64,000 bases of DNA from Chloroflexota bacterium (GTDB lineage Bacteria; Chloroflexota; UBA11872; VXOZ01). The notes beneath the pieces were generated by a model. The model saw nothing but the letters and a program-made list of their open reading frames with translations. It was not told where the DNA came from and did no database searches. The position numbers and the translations under genes are program-made. Below are positions 10,362 to 20,569 of this stretch, one piece after another; within the stretch, counting starts at the first letter, position 1, and each line of letters opens with the position of its first letter. The stretch spans positions 50,611 through 114,610 of the forward strand of contig JAPOQA010000031.1 in the NCBI GenBank assembly GCA_026710945.1, written 5' to 3'.

Positions 10362-11504
10362 TTACACCACCGCAAGCAGCTCTTCCTGGGCCGGATTGAG
10401 GACACGGTCTATGCGCCCCCCGCCAATCACTTCATCATCTTGATAGAATACCGTCGCCTGGCCGGGAGCAACCGCGCGTATCGGGCGGGCAAACACAACC
10501 TCCGCTGCACCATTACCCGCCGGCTCTACAATTGCTTCCACCTCTTCCATACGGTACCGCGTGCGCACGTTCACACGAATTGGCTCCGTTGGAGGCGAGC
10601 CCGCCACCCAGTGCACGTCAATCGCCTGCAGGGCATGCGCGTAGAGGTCTTCCTCTTCACCGACGAAAACGGTATTTGCCTCCGGGTCCAATGCAATCAC
10701 GTACAACGGGCGCGGCCACGTCAAGCCAAGACCCCGGCGCTGTCCGACCGTATAGTTGACAGTGCCGTCATGTGCGCCTAGTACCTTTCCATCTTTAAAA
10801 CAGATCGGCCCGGAGCGGGCGATGCCTGGCTGCCAAGACTCCAGGAAATCGCGATAGTTGTCGTTGGTCACAAAGCAAATCTCATAGCTATCCGGCTTGT
10901 CCGCCACGTGCAGACCGTACCGCCGCGCCAAGTCGCGAGTCTCTGTCTTTGTCTGGGTCCCCATGGGAAAGAGCGTTCGCGCCAGTTGTTGCTGGCCCAG
11001 CATATAGAGCACGTAGGACTGGTCTTTCTGTGGGTCTAGCGCGCGATGCAGACGATAGCGCCTGGACACGGCATCTCGCTCAATGCGCGCGTAGTGGCCG
11101 GTGGCAAGATAGTCGGCGTCGAGCTCCTGCGCCCGCTTGAGAAAGGCCGCAAATTTGACGAACTGATTGCAGTCGACGCAGGGGTTCGGCGTGCGGCCGC
11201 TGGCGTAAGAAGCGACAAACCGCGCCATGACTTCCTTCGCGAAGATCTCGCGGAAGTTGAGTGAATAGTGCGGGATGCCGATCCGGTCCGCCACGCGCTG
11301 GGCGTCATGGGTGGCGCTCAACGAGCAGCACGCGTGCAGGCGGGTATCCACCATGCCCTTCTGCCAGACATTGAGCGTGATGCCAATCACCTCATGTCCC
11401 TGCTCGGCAAGCATGGCGGCCACCACAGAAGAATCAACGCCGCCGGACATCGCGACGACGATGCGCAGCGGCTCTTTGGTTCGGGAATTCTCGTCAGGAA
11501 ACAT
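10362..11504 (-). CDS. mnmA: tRNA-specific 2-thiouridylase
   Basis: 380 aa; PP-loop RIVVAMSGGVDSSV; conserved cysteines and C-terminal barrel typical of MnmA/TrmU. Confidence 0.9.
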   Translation of the reverse strand: MFPDENSRTKEPLRIVVAMSGGVDSSVVAAMLAEQGHEVIGITLNVWQKGMVDTRLHACCSLSATHDAQRVADRIGIPHYSLNFREIFAKEVMARFVASYASGRTPNPCVDCNQFVKFAAFLKRAQELDADYLATGHYARIERDAVSRRYRLHRALDPQKDQSYVLYMLGQQQLARTLFPMGTQTKTETRDLARRYGLHVADKPDSYEICFVTNDNYRDFLESWQPGIARSGPICFKDGKVLGAHDGTVNYTVGQRRGLGLTWPRPLYVIALDPEANTVFVGEEEDLYAHALQAIDVHWVAGSPPTEPIRVNVRTRYRMEEVEAIVEPAGNGAAEVVFARPIRAVAPGQATVFYQDDEVIGGGRIDRVLNPAQEELLAVV

Positions 11505-11576
11505 AGCCCTCTAAGTTTAGCACAATTCGCTCCCTCCACCTTGGAAATCCCGCAAAATCAGTGCCGCCAAGCAAGG

Positions 11577-11809
11577 GTCTCCCTCTCCCATGGAGACACT
11601 TGCACTACCAAGGCCGACTAGCTAGAGGCCCCCCTCTCCCTAGGAGCTTGTCACAAGAGTTCACTGCTCAAAGTAGACTTACCCTTCGACAAGGCTCAGG
11701 GCGAACGGCAAAGGCAAATCCCGTTCGTGCTGAGCCTGTCGAAGCACAGTTTTGCTTATCGAGTCGACCTATGAGACTGCCTCCTGGGGGAGAGGGTCGG
11801 GGTGAGGGG
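11577..11809. repeat. MITE/REP-like structured element with imperfect terminal inverted repeats (ccctctccc...gggagaggg) and the GGGAGAGGGTCGGGGTGAGGGG end motif
   Basis: Right end tatgagactgcctcctgggggagagggtcggggtgagggg is near-identical to 60137-60171; internal perfect 15-bp stem cttcgacaaggctcag / ctgagcctgtcgaag (11683-11752). Confidence 0.4.
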
Positions 11810-11966
11810 AAGACCACGTCAACCAAGCCTATTGCTAACAGTCAGGCACAGTTGCATAGGGCTCTCATTCGATCGAGGACGGTGTTATTGGTAGCCTGCG
11901 ACGCATACGCTATACTGGGGGCAGCGAGAGCCGCGCACGCATCACACTACTACCAGCACGCAGCGC

Positions 11967-12404
11967 ATGACACTAGACGTCCCGATACGCGTTCGCTATG
12001 CCGAAACCGACGCCATGGGGGTGGCGTACCATGGGCATTATTTCACGTGGTTCGAAGTCGCGAGGGTAGAGCTTATGCGCGCGCTAGGATTGCGCTATCG
12101 AGACCTTGAGGCGGAGGGGATCTACCTGCCGGTTGTGGAATGTCGAGCGCGATTTCTTGCCGCCGCCCGCTACGACGCTCCCTTGCAGGTGCGCACGGCG
12201 CTCATGGCGGCCACGCGCGCCAGGATCGTGTTCGGCTACCTCGTGCGGGAACCGGAAGCGACTGTCCCACTTCTCGCCTGCGGTCAGACTACCCACGCGT
12301 TTACTACGCGCGAGGGCCGCGCCACGCGACTGCCCCAAAGTCATCCGCTGTGGCAAGGCATGCGTAACGTCACTTGTCAGCCTGAATTCGTCTCAATTGC
12401 CTAA
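11967..12404 (+). CDS. acyl-CoA thioesterase, YbgC/4HBT hotdog-fold family
   Basis: 145 aa; RVRYAETDAMGVAYHGHYFTWFEVAR is the typical 4HBT N-terminal signature. Confidence 0.7.
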   Translation: MTLDVPIRVRYAETDAMGVAYHGHYFTWFEVARVELMRALGLRYRDLEAEGIYLPVVECRARFLAAARYDAPLQVRTALMAATRARIVFGYLVREPEATVPLLACGQTTHAFTTREGRATRLPQSHPLWQGMRNVTCQPEFVSIA

Positions 12405-12625
12405 CTGGGAGCTGCAACACCGATGACCAATCGCCCTCAGACGCAAAAACGCTCCGTGTTGCGGCTCGTCCTCTACGCGTTGGTGCTGCTCACGCTCGTC
12501 ATAGCATTCCTCTACGCTTACGAGCTGATTGGCGGACTCGTCGACTCCTTGCTGGAGTTCGTCGGAGACATCATCGGCCAATTCTAGCGTCCCAGTTCGC
12601 GCGCCTCTTCTCCATGCTATGGCCC

Positions 12626-12912
12626 CTGAGAATTGTAAGTGTTGAGTAATTCGTTGACAGAATCCGCTTTCCATTCTGAGGAGTTGACGGTGCATGTCAT
12701 TCCGAGCGGAGCGTCGAACCCTGTTCGCGGAATCTAGGGTCCCTGCTCAACGCACTTTAACGGCTTCAGCACACTAGATTCCGCGCTAAGAGCGACTCTT
12801 CGCTGCGCTTCGTTCGGAATGACATGTGTACTAGTCATGTCTAACACTGCGAAAGGTTGCTTTTGTTCTCAAATCTGTCAACGAATTACCTGACATTTAC
12901 AAGAATGACCGC
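12626..12912 (+). mobile_element. ~290-bp complex palindromic MITE-like element, copy 1
   Basis: Terminal inverted repeats tgttgagtaattcgttgacaga / tctgtcaacgaattacctgaca; long central palindrome gtcattccgagcggagcg...cgcttcgttcggaatgac; near-identical to the reverse complement of 57070-57356. Confidence 0.6.
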
Positions 12913-13050
12913 CGACCGCAGCGCGTCCGGGATTCATTTACTTAAGAACCTGTTGGGGGATTCAAGACATGCTTCGCCCGTCTTCGCCTATTCAGAATTG
13001 CCAAGGTCCGAGCATGTCATTCGCACAAGGCAGCTGAGTGAGAGCCTAGA

Positions 13051-14466
13051 CTACTCCGGCACCGGAGTGGGGGGCGGTTTCGGAGTGAGATACTCCTCGA
13101 TAGCGTCGTGGGCGTTTTGCGCCGCTTCCTCAATGGAAACTTGGCCCCGCGCCACGGGCAGGGTGAGCCGGCTGAAGATCTGCCAACTCAACACGGTTGA
13201 GGTTGCCAGGTGGGAAGGCACACTGTCCACCAGGAGTTCCAGCAATACGTCCCGCGCTATGGGGTCGAGCAGCAAGGACATGTACTTGCCGGCCGGCTTG
13301 TTGATGAATCCCTGCGCTTCCGTAACGGCCGGCACCAAGCGAATCTGGCCGAGGTGATGTCCCAGATGCAGCATGGTCGCGAAGCCCGCGTCGCCATGCT
13401 GGCTGCCGACCGGCATCACCAGCGCCTCCTGCAGGCCGAGTGGTGTCCCGCTGCGGTCTTCTTTGGGTATCACTGCGGGCATGCGGTCCGCCCTCAGCCT
13501 GCCAAAGAATGGATTGAAGACCATCGCTGTCTGCAGGCGCTGGCCGTCAATGGTGCCGCGCAGCGTATTGGAGTCTACATCCGGGCCATGTGGCATAACG
13601 CCATGGATGCGGCCGAGTTCCTGCCAGAAGCGGATGCCGCGCTGCGCCGCCGGTTCGGTGAGCTTGATCTCCCCCGTATCCAAATCTACGGCGTCGCCGC
13701 CCTCTTGGAGCACAAAAGGCAGCCAGCCCGGAATGCTCCACTCCGTATATCCCCAGAAGTCGATCTTCGTATCGCCGTCAACGTCCCGGGTCAGTGACTT
13801 GGCCGCGAAGATGAAGTCCTCGTGGTTCCACGTGTGCGTCGGCGTCGCTACTTTGAATTCCTCAAACTTTGTGCTGTTGTACATCACCATAGCCGGCAGC
13901 ACGGCCAGCGGCACGGCCATGAGCTGGCGCTGGTAGCGCGACAATTGCAGCGCGTTTCCCGCGAAAGACTCAAGCAGGTCGCTGTCCTCCGTCTGGGCGT
14001 AGCGATCCAGCGGCGCGAGGATTTGGTGGGTAAAGGCGCGCGGAAAGTCCAACGCGGAGTGCATCCAGGCGATGTCGAGCGGCGCACCGCTCGCGTCGCG
14101 GGCGACGACGAACTCCCAAAATGCATCACGCCACGACTTACCGCTCGGCCGCAGTATCTCTACGGCTTCTAGCTGAGAGCGCGGCGTGGGGCCGTCAATT
14201 TGCTCCTCGTTCCAGGCGCTGATGGCATTGCTGGCCTCGGTGGGGATGCCGGCGAGGCGCGCCATAAAGGCAAACGTCAGGGTCACCGGCTCGGCTGATT
14301 GGCCGCCGTCGGATGATCGCGGGGCTTCCCGGAATGGCGCATTGCCTTCAAGCTCGGGCCTTGCGCTTGCGCGCCCCGGACCCCCGCCACAGGCCGCGAG
14401 TACTGCAGCACTCCCACACAAAGCAGCCAGCGTCGCCACACACTCTCGTCTCGTCATCTCGTTCAC
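13051..14466 (-). CDS. extracellular solute-binding lipoprotein, ABC-type sugar SBP family 1, with no adjacent permease
   Basis: 471 aa; signal peptide with lipobox LAACGGG; SBP_bac_1-like fold pattern. Confidence 0.7.
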   Translation of the reverse strand: MNEMTRRECVATLAALCGSAAVLAACGGGPGRASARPELEGNAPFREAPRSSDGGQSAEPVTLTFAFMARLAGIPTEASNAISAWNEEQIDGPTPRSQLEAVEILRPSGKSWRDAFWEFVVARDASGAPLDIAWMHSALDFPRAFTHQILAPLDRYAQTEDSDLLESFAGNALQLSRYQRQLMAVPLAVLPAMVMYNSTKFEEFKVATPTHTWNHEDFIFAAKSLTRDVDGDTKIDFWGYTEWSIPGWLPFVLQEGGDAVDLDTGEIKLTEPAAQRGIRFWQELGRIHGVMPHGPDVDSNTLRGTIDGQRLQTAMVFNPFFGRLRADRMPAVIPKEDRSGTPLGLQEALVMPVGSQHGDAGFATMLHLGHHLGQIRLVPAVTEAQGFINKPAGKYMSLLLDPIARDVLLELLVDSVPSHLATSTVLSWQIFSRLTLPVARGQVSIEEAAQNAHDAIEEYLTPKPPPTPVPE

Positions 14467-14505
14467 CCTGATTCGTCAAACGCGTATACTTCTGAATCCT
14501 CGTCA

Positions 14506-15825
14506 CTAACGAGGCGGTGAACCGAGCCATTCACGCACCACGGCGGCACCGTTCTCCAGGGCGGCAGGGGCAGCGAGACTGCCTCTCAGCGCCGGCAAGG
14601 CCATCCGCTCGGTCAAGGTCTTCCCTAATCCACTATACAACGAGAGCGTAGTGCCGACACTATACGAGAGGCTTCGCAAGACCACGTCCGCTCGGTCCAG
14701 CCCCAATGCAAGGTCAGCGTGCATGCGGTTGGGACGACGGATGAACTCAATTGCGTTATTGCGCGGTGGCACCAGCAACTGTGACCCTAGTTGTGCGGCC
14801 AGCGGTTTGGCAACGGCGTAGGCAGCGTCAATATTCGCGCTGTGCGCGGAAACGCCAACCATGTCGGTGACCAACATGGGTAGGGATTGGGACGGCCCGT
14901 TGGGTGTCCCAACAAAGGCGAACGGCAATGAGTAAGGCTCCGTGTTGTGCCAGTTGATGAGTTCGAGGCGCAGCGGCGCTGTGGAAGAACCGTTTCGCCG
15001 CCGCATAACTGCATCCATGGTGACGTGCGGCCCGCCTTCCAGCGCCCGATAGCGGTGTGCAAGTTCCATCCAAAAATGCAGCCCGCGCCGGGCCTCTGAC
15101 TGGTCAAGCGTCGTTCTGCCGGCGCCAAGATCGGCAACCCGCCCGCCTGCGCCAACAATTAGAGGCAACCAAGCGGGAACGGTCGTCGTGCCAAACCCCC
15201 AAACTGTGCCCTTGTCCGCGGTGTGTGTCAGCGCCGCGGCCATCGTGGCAAATTCATCCCACGTCCAACTTGACAGCGGCGACGGCACCTCGCGCGCCGT
15301 GAGAACTTCAGTATCATACCGCACTGAAAGAATGCCCAGCGCCGCCGGGAGCGCCATTTGCTGTCCCCAAAACTCTAGGGCGCGCAATGACTCCGGATGG
15401 TAGCCCTTCAGTGTATTGTTGGTGTCGTTATCGAGAAAAGGGTTTAAGGGACGCAGCAAATCGCCGCGCAAGATCTCCGGGAGGTCATCCTGCAAACTGA
15501 ACCAGACAACGTCAGGAGCCTCGCCTGCCGCAACGCGCTGGCGAATTGCGGTCACAAACGAACGGCCGGGCGTGGCTACGATCCTGTGTACTTCTCTGAT
15601 GGTGGGTATGCCGTCGCGCCCGCCGGGCGCCAACCCGTAGCGCACTGTCGGCAACGCCTTGTCCAATACGGCGTTCACCCGGTCACCGGCTCGCACGGCA
15701 ACGGTGACGGTGACCTCCTCCGGCACTGGCGTCGGCGCATCGGGGGCGCCGCGTTTACCGCAGGCAAGCAACAGACCGCTGCCAAGGCCTGCACTGCCGG
15801 CTCGTAACAATTCTCGTCGCGTCAT
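14506..15825 (-). CDS. extracellular solute-binding lipoprotein, SBP family 1 paralog, with a TAT-like signal
   Basis: ORF 14506..15891; probable start at MTRRELLRAGSAGLGSGLLLACG (TAT-like RR plus lipobox); paralogous to the downstream SBP. Confidence 0.65.
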   Translation of the reverse strand: MTRRELLRAGSAGLGSGLLLACGKRGAPDAPTPVPEEVTVTVAVRAGDRVNAVLDKALPTVRYGLAPGGRDGIPTIREVHRIVATPGRSFVTAIRQRVAAGEAPDVVWFSLQDDLPEILRGDLLRPLNPFLDNDTNNTLKGYHPESLRALEFWGQQMALPAALGILSVRYDTEVLTAREVPSPLSSWTWDEFATMAAALTHTADKGTVWGFGTTTVPAWLPLIVGAGGRVADLGAGRTTLDQSEARRGLHFWMELAHRYRALEGGPHVTMDAVMRRRNGSSTAPLRLELINWHNTEPYSLPFAFVGTPNGPSQSLPMLVTDMVGVSAHSANIDAAYAVAKPLAAQLGSQLLVPPRNNAIEFIRRPNRMHADLALGLDRADVVLRSLSYSVGTTLSLYSGLGKTLTERMALPALRGSLAAPAALENGAAVVREWLGSPPR

Positions 15826-15913
15826 GGGCAAGACCCCCCGCAAAGAACTGTCCTTAGGGTACATACTCCCACTGCGCTTCAAATGTGTCAATCGCCTGGC
15901 GCAATGTTCCGGC

Positions 15914-16576
15914 TCAACTACGGAGCGCGAACTTCACCAGGGTCCACAACGCGTGCGGCCCGTCAATCCAAGGATTGAGCTTGCGCTCTCTGCGTGGCGT
16001 GTAAGATATCGGCACCTCACGAATGCCATAGCCTAGCTTCAGGATTTTCGCCGTGATCTCCGGCTCCAATTCAAAGCCCGAAGACTCGATAGTGAATCGA
16101 TCGACAACCTCCCTGGCCATCATCTTGTAGCACGTCTCCATGTCATGCAGCGAGGCCCGAAACAGGATACGTGTTACGAGGGTAAGGAAAACATTGCCGA
16201 GACGCCGGACGAACTCCTGGTGTTCCAACGATCGCACGCCATAGACCACCTTGGTCTCGCCCCGCGCGATCGGTCCCAGCAACGCCGGAAAGTCCGCCGG
16301 ATCATACTCCAGATCAGCGTCCTGAATGACGATCACGTCTCCCGTCGCCGCCGCCAACGCGGTGCGAATTGCCGCGCCCTTTCCTCTATTCTCCGGGTGA
16401 TAAACTACGTGGTACCGCTCGTCCTGGAGAGACTGTAACACTGCTGTCGTGCCGTCCGATGAGCCATCGTCTACGATGACGATCTCTTTCTCCAAAGAGA
16501 CGTCCGCCACGCGCTCCAGAACTGCGCGCACGGTCTCGCATTCGTTGTAGACCGGAATCAAAACGGAGAGTTTCAT
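15914..16576 (-). CDS. GT2 family glycosyltransferase, polyprenol/dolichol-phosphate mannose (or glucose) synthase-like (DPM1/Ppm1 catalytic domain), no TM segments
   Basis: ORF 15914..16606; start at MKLSVLIPVYNE; motifs VIVDDGSSDGT, QDADLEYDP; ~220 aa soluble domain. Confidence 0.8.
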   Translation of the reverse strand: MKLSVLIPVYNECETVRAVLERVADVSLEKEIVIVDDGSSDGTTAVLQSLQDERYHVVYHPENRGKGAAIRTALAAATGDVIVIQDADLEYDPADFPALLGPIARGETKVVYGVRSLEHQEFVRRLGNVFLTLVTRILFRASLHDMETCYKMMAREVVDRFTIESSGFELEPEITAKILKLGYGIREVPISYTPRRERKLNPWIDGPHALWTLVKFALRS

Positions 16577-16867
16577 AGCAGCTATACCATCGGTTGCAAG
16601 AATCAAACACCCAAACGCACTGGGAGGAGCGAGGCACTCAGGGAATGCCCAACGGGGCTAGGGGTGTCGGCAAATGCGTAGCTCAGAGTAAGTCAGGTCT
16701 AGGTTGGTTTAGGAGCGCCCCTACTATATCATTGGGTCCATAACTGAGTAAACACCTCCCACGATTCGAACTTGCCGGCGCCAAGCTGCACTGCTCTCGA
16801 GACCAGGGCAGGCCGCGACCGCGCTGTGCAGGATCATCTCCCATAATTCAGCGCCAAGGAGCACACA

Positions 16868-18580
16868 ATGGCCACGCCGCCGTACTCCGTACACGTGGAA
16901 CGAAATGTCGCCGTGCCCATGCGGGATGGCGTTGTCTTGCGCGCAGACGTTTACCGACCGGATGCTGCGGGGCCGTTTCCCGTAATCCTCACGCGCACGC
17001 CGTACAACAAGACTGCCTTAGACGGCGGTCCGTCACCTACCTACGAAACCCTGGCTGCGTCAGGGTATCTTATCGTGGCACAAGACGTGCGCGGCCGCTA
17101 TGCCTCGGACGGTGAATTCACGCCGCTCTTTGCCTTTGGCTATCCGGATATCGAAGACGGTTACGATACGGTTGAGTGGTGCGCGCGGCTGCCGGATTCA
17201 ACCGGCGACGTCGGCATCTTCGGCAACTCCTACGGGGGCTTTACTTCGTATTGCGCCGCTTTCAGCCAAGCCCCCAGCCTCCGCTGCGTCTTTGCCGAAG
17301 GTATGACCCAGCGCCTCACGGACTTTGAGCCGCACTTCCGTCCCGGGCGGCGCTTTGCCTGGTCTATGTGCACCATCGCGCCGGACATTCGTCTCAAGCA
17401 GGGCCTCGGTGGGCCGCATCACAAGGAGATTGCCGATCAATTGTGGGAACGTGAACGCCACAAGTGGCTGTGGTTCCTGCCCCGCAAGGACATACCGGAC
17501 GATCACTTTGGCGGGCCTGTGCAGGCCGCCTACTACCGCACGCTCATGACCGAGGCCGGCGTCGACACGTTCCAGTGGCAAGACCGCTACCCGGACGTCC
17601 GCGTACCGGTATTCCACCGCACGGGCTGGTACGACCGCTTCGTGCGCGCGATCGACGGCCATACGCTCATGGCACAGCAGGCCGGCACGCCGGAGGCCCG
17701 CGCCGGGCAGCGCGCCATGATTGGACCCTGGGGACACACAAGCGCCCTTAACGTCTACGAAGGCGAACTGGATTTCGGTCCTGACGGCCTTGTGGAGCAG
17801 ACCGACCTCCTGCTCCGCTGGTTCGATTTCTGGCTCAAAGACCAGGATACCGGCATCATGGACGAGGGGCCGATTAGCCTATATATTCTTGGCGACAATG
17901 CGTGGCGCAACGAGAATGAATGGCCGCTCGCGCGTACACAGTACACCGACTATCACCTACACAGCAACGGCAACGCGCAGACCCCTCACGGCGACGGCGC
18001 CCTTTCGCCAGATCAGTCGGGTGACGAGTCGCCCGACCAGTTTGTCTACGATCCTCGCGATCCGGTGCCCTCTTGCCATCTGATGCACGATCAAGACGGC
18101 GTCTTCGACCAGCGCGTGCTGGATTCTCGCCAGGACGTGCTCGTCTACCAGACCGACACCTTGACTGAGCCATTGGAGGTGACCGGCGAACCGGTCCTGC
18201 ACCTGCATGCCGCTTCCAGCGCCGTTGACACGGACTTCATGGCAAAACTGATCGACGTCCACCCCAATGGCTTTGCGCAAAACCTCAGCTACGGTGTCGT
18301 GCGCGCCCGCTACCGCAATGGCTATGAGTCGTCGCAACTGCTAACGCCCGGACAGGTGTATGAATTCACCATCACGCTCAACCCGATCGCGAATGTCTTT
18401 CAACCCGGCCACCGCCTGCGCCTGGATATCTCCAGCAGCGACTTTCCCAACTGGGACCGCAACCTGAACACCGGCAGCGACGGCTACGCGGATGCCACGA
18501 TGGTCAGCGCCCGCCAGACTGTGCTTCACGATGCCAACCACCCAACGCGCATCACTTTGCCCGTTATTCCGAGAGACTGA
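16868..18580 (+). CDS. CocE/NonD family alpha/beta hydrolase (S15 Xaa-Pro dipeptidyl-peptidase-like)
   Basis: 570 aa; N-terminal VPMRDGVVLRADVYRP...PVILTRTPYNK and nucleophile elbow GNSYGG. Confidence 0.8.
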   Translation: MATPPYSVHVERNVAVPMRDGVVLRADVYRPDAAGPFPVILTRTPYNKTALDGGPSPTYETLAASGYLIVAQDVRGRYASDGEFTPLFAFGYPDIEDGYDTVEWCARLPDSTGDVGIFGNSYGGFTSYCAAFSQAPSLRCVFAEGMTQRLTDFEPHFRPGRRFAWSMCTIAPDIRLKQGLGGPHHKEIADQLWERERHKWLWFLPRKDIPDDHFGGPVQAAYYRTLMTEAGVDTFQWQDRYPDVRVPVFHRTGWYDRFVRAIDGHTLMAQQAGTPEARAGQRAMIGPWGHTSALNVYEGELDFGPDGLVEQTDLLLRWFDFWLKDQDTGIMDEGPISLYILGDNAWRNENEWPLARTQYTDYHLHSNGNAQTPHGDGALSPDQSGDESPDQFVYDPRDPVPSCHLMHDQDGVFDQRVLDSRQDVLVYQTDTLTEPLEVTGEPVLHLHAASSAVDTDFMAKLIDVHPNGFAQNLSYGVVRARYRNGYESSQLLTPGQVYEFTITLNPIANVFQPGHRLRLDISSSDFPNWDRNLNTGSDGYADATMVSARQTVLHDANHPTRITLPVIPRD

Positions 18581-18605
18581 ATCCCGCGGCTGACTGCCTA
18601 AGTGA

Positions 18606-18630
18606 GCACAAGTTTGCAACCTGCGCTACC
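18606..18630. repeat. short palindromic REP-like element (GGTAGCGCAGG-TTTGCAA-CCTGCGCTACC family), half copy
   Basis: caagtttgcaacctgcgctacc lies 26 nt downstream of the hydrolase stop; related copies at 20032, 53600 and 31062. Confidence 0.5.
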
Positions 18631-18712
18631 GTTCGGATGGCGCGTTCGCCGCGCTACTTGGCTTAGGCCGCGTTTCCGTCGGCAAGTCGGCGGGCATTGA
18701 GAGGATCCGGGC

Positions 18713-19996
18713 ATGGCGAGCCAAGCGGTAGGCCTAAGGGAAAAGTTGCTCCTCCTAACTGAAGGCCACCGCCGCCTATATCGCAACTCCTCGTTTGTAT
18801 TGCTCTGGAGCGGTCAGACGGTCTCTGTTTTTGGTGATGCCTTCTTCAATCTCGCCGTCATGTGGGTGGTGTGGTCGGAGACCCAGTCAACCCTGCAGAC
18901 CGCCATCATACAGGCCATCTGGCACCTCCCCGATGTCCTTCTTGCGCCCTTGGCCGGCGTCCTCGCCGACCGCTGGGACCGCAAAGCGATCATGGTAACG
19001 ACCAGCCTCGCCGCGGCAGCAGTGGTGGGAGCGGTGGCCCTGCTGGTGATGCTAATCGGACACCTGCCTCCCATCGTTGCCTTTGTAGCAATCTTCAAGC
19101 TAAACAGCCTGACTACGTTCATGAACCCAGCCCGCGCCTCGGTCATGCCCTCCCTTGTAGGGCGTGACCTGCTGACCACGGCCCAGGGCTTGTTTTCCAC
19201 CGCCAGAGAAACAGCATCTTTGGCTGGCAGCGCGGCTGCCGGGCTGCTGATCGCGGCTGCGAGTGCAGTGTGGGCCTTGGCGGTCGATGCGGCGTCGTTC
19301 CTGTTCGTGGCGCTGTGTATCGCGCTCGCCCGCCTGCCAGGCAGGGCTGCCCCATCCGCCGCCTCGAATGAGGCTCGTCCTCGGCTCTCTCTGGGGTCAG
19401 TCGCCCAAGACCTGCGGGAAGGGTGGCGGACGGCCACCGGGCTGCCGGTGTTGCGGGCGTTGCTGTGGCTCAGCGTCCTTATCAACATCGGCTCCTTCAT
19501 GGGTCCGCTGTGGCCGGCCCTTGTACAGGAGCGTCTTGGCGGCGGGGCGGGCTCTTTCGGCATGCTTTTGGCAGCAGGGACGGCAGGCGGCATGTTTGGC
19601 GGACTTTTGGCCGGGCCGTTAGAACGGCGCCTCGGCGCAGGGCGTGTTCTGGCATCGGGCTGGAGCCTGTCGGGGGCATGCACGTTGGGGATAGCAATCT
19701 CCACCTGGATGACAGCGACCGTGGTCCTGGAGTTCGTAGAGACCGCCTCACTTACCGCCAGCATGGTGGCGAGTGGCGCGATCACGATTACAGCCGTTCC
19801 TGAAGAGTACCGCGGCCGGCTCTTTGGCGTATTCCGCAGCCTGTCCGTCGTCCTCATCCCCGCGAGTGCCCTCGCCGGAGGGTTCATTGCGGAGTTCGTG
19901 GAGATTTGGATCATGTTCGCCGCTGGCGGAGAGATAATCCTCGCCCTCGCGTTGACCGCCTGGGTGAATCCCCACGTTAGAAACGCGCGCATCTGA
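18713..19996 (+). CDS. MFS transporter (EntS/YbdA-like MFS_1)
   Basis: 427 aa; 12 predicted TM helices; motif LAGVLADRWDRK after TM2. Confidence 0.8.
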   Translation: MASQAVGLREKLLLLTEGHRRLYRNSSFVLLWSGQTVSVFGDAFFNLAVMWVVWSETQSTLQTAIIQAIWHLPDVLLAPLAGVLADRWDRKAIMVTTSLAAAAVVGAVALLVMLIGHLPPIVAFVAIFKLNSLTTFMNPARASVMPSLVGRDLLTTAQGLFSTARETASLAGSAAAGLLIAAASAVWALAVDAASFLFVALCIALARLPGRAAPSAASNEARPRLSLGSVAQDLREGWRTATGLPVLRALLWLSVLINIGSFMGPLWPALVQERLGGGAGSFGMLLAAGTAGGMFGGLLAGPLERRLGAGRVLASGWSLSGACTLGIAISTWMTATVVLEFVETASLTASMVASGAITITAVPEEYRGRLFGVFRSLSVVLIPASALAGGFIAEFVEIWIMFAAGGEIILALALTAWVNPHVRNARI

Positions 19997-20031
19997 GAGG
20001 CGCGGGGAGAATTCGAGTCCGGGTAGCGCAG

Positions 20032-20057
20032 GTTTGCAACCTGCGCCGATATGACCA
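20032..20057. repeat. short palindromic REP-like element, same family as 18606 and 53600
   Basis: ggtagcgcaggtttgcaacctgcgcc lies 36 nt downstream of the MFS stop; hairpin stem GCGCAGG/CCTGCGC. Confidence 0.55.
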
Positions 20058-20164
20058 AATTTGATACCCGTGCTACCGCCCGGTCGGGGCGCCGCGACAA
20101 TGCCCACAAACGTCAACCGCCCCGAGCCGCGCGGTAAAGCGGAACCGCACAAACGCTTACTTCT

Positions 20165-20569
20165 TCACGTCGGCACGACTCTGCGAACATCCTCGATCTT
20201 GTCGAAGTCGCTCTCCCAGCTATATATCTCCGTAATCCCACGGGCTTTCATGTGCACAACTGTGTAGGCGTCGGCGAAAGAGATGCGGTGCTGTACAAAC
20301 ACATCGAGCGCTTCCAGGCATAGTCGCTTCTCGGCAAACCGGATTCCAGGCAGGGAGATGATGGCGCCTACCATCGACCCTATCCTCTCTCTGGAAACAC
20401 CGTACGTGCGCTGGAGAGTGAACACGGTTTCGAATACGACCAACGGCGAGGTGACAACCTTTTCCTCCCCCCGCTGAATTATCGCCAGCAGCCGACGCGC
20501 GGATTCTGCCATTTCCAAGTTATCACCCGTGAAGTAGCGTAGAAGGATGTTGGTATCAAGAAAGCGCAT
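20165..20569 (-). CDS. vapC: PIN-domain ribonuclease toxin VapC
   Basis: ORF 20165..20638; start at MRFLDTNILL (first PIN Asp); 14-nt overlap with the upstream antitoxin gene. Confidence 0.8.
   Translation of the reverse strand: MRFLDTNILLRYFTGDNLEMAESARRLLAIIQRGEEKVVTSPLVVFETVFTLQRTYGVSRERIGSMVGAIISLPGIRFAEKRLCLEALDVFVQHRISFADAYTVVHMKARGITEIYSWESDFDKIEDVRRVVPT

Noticed and set aside
11561-12109. 182-aa ORF across the mnmA/thioesterase intergenic region
   Set aside because: Runs through the MITE-like element (GGEGRGEG from gggagagggtcggggtgagggg) and overlaps the real thioesterase gene in another frame.
16690-16800. tRNA-like motifs (GTAGCTCAG D-arm-like string; TTCGAA T-loop-like string)
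   Set aside because: No acceptor stem, anticodon arm or GGTTCGAATCC T-arm in a consistent orientation or spacing; the motifs are on opposite strands.
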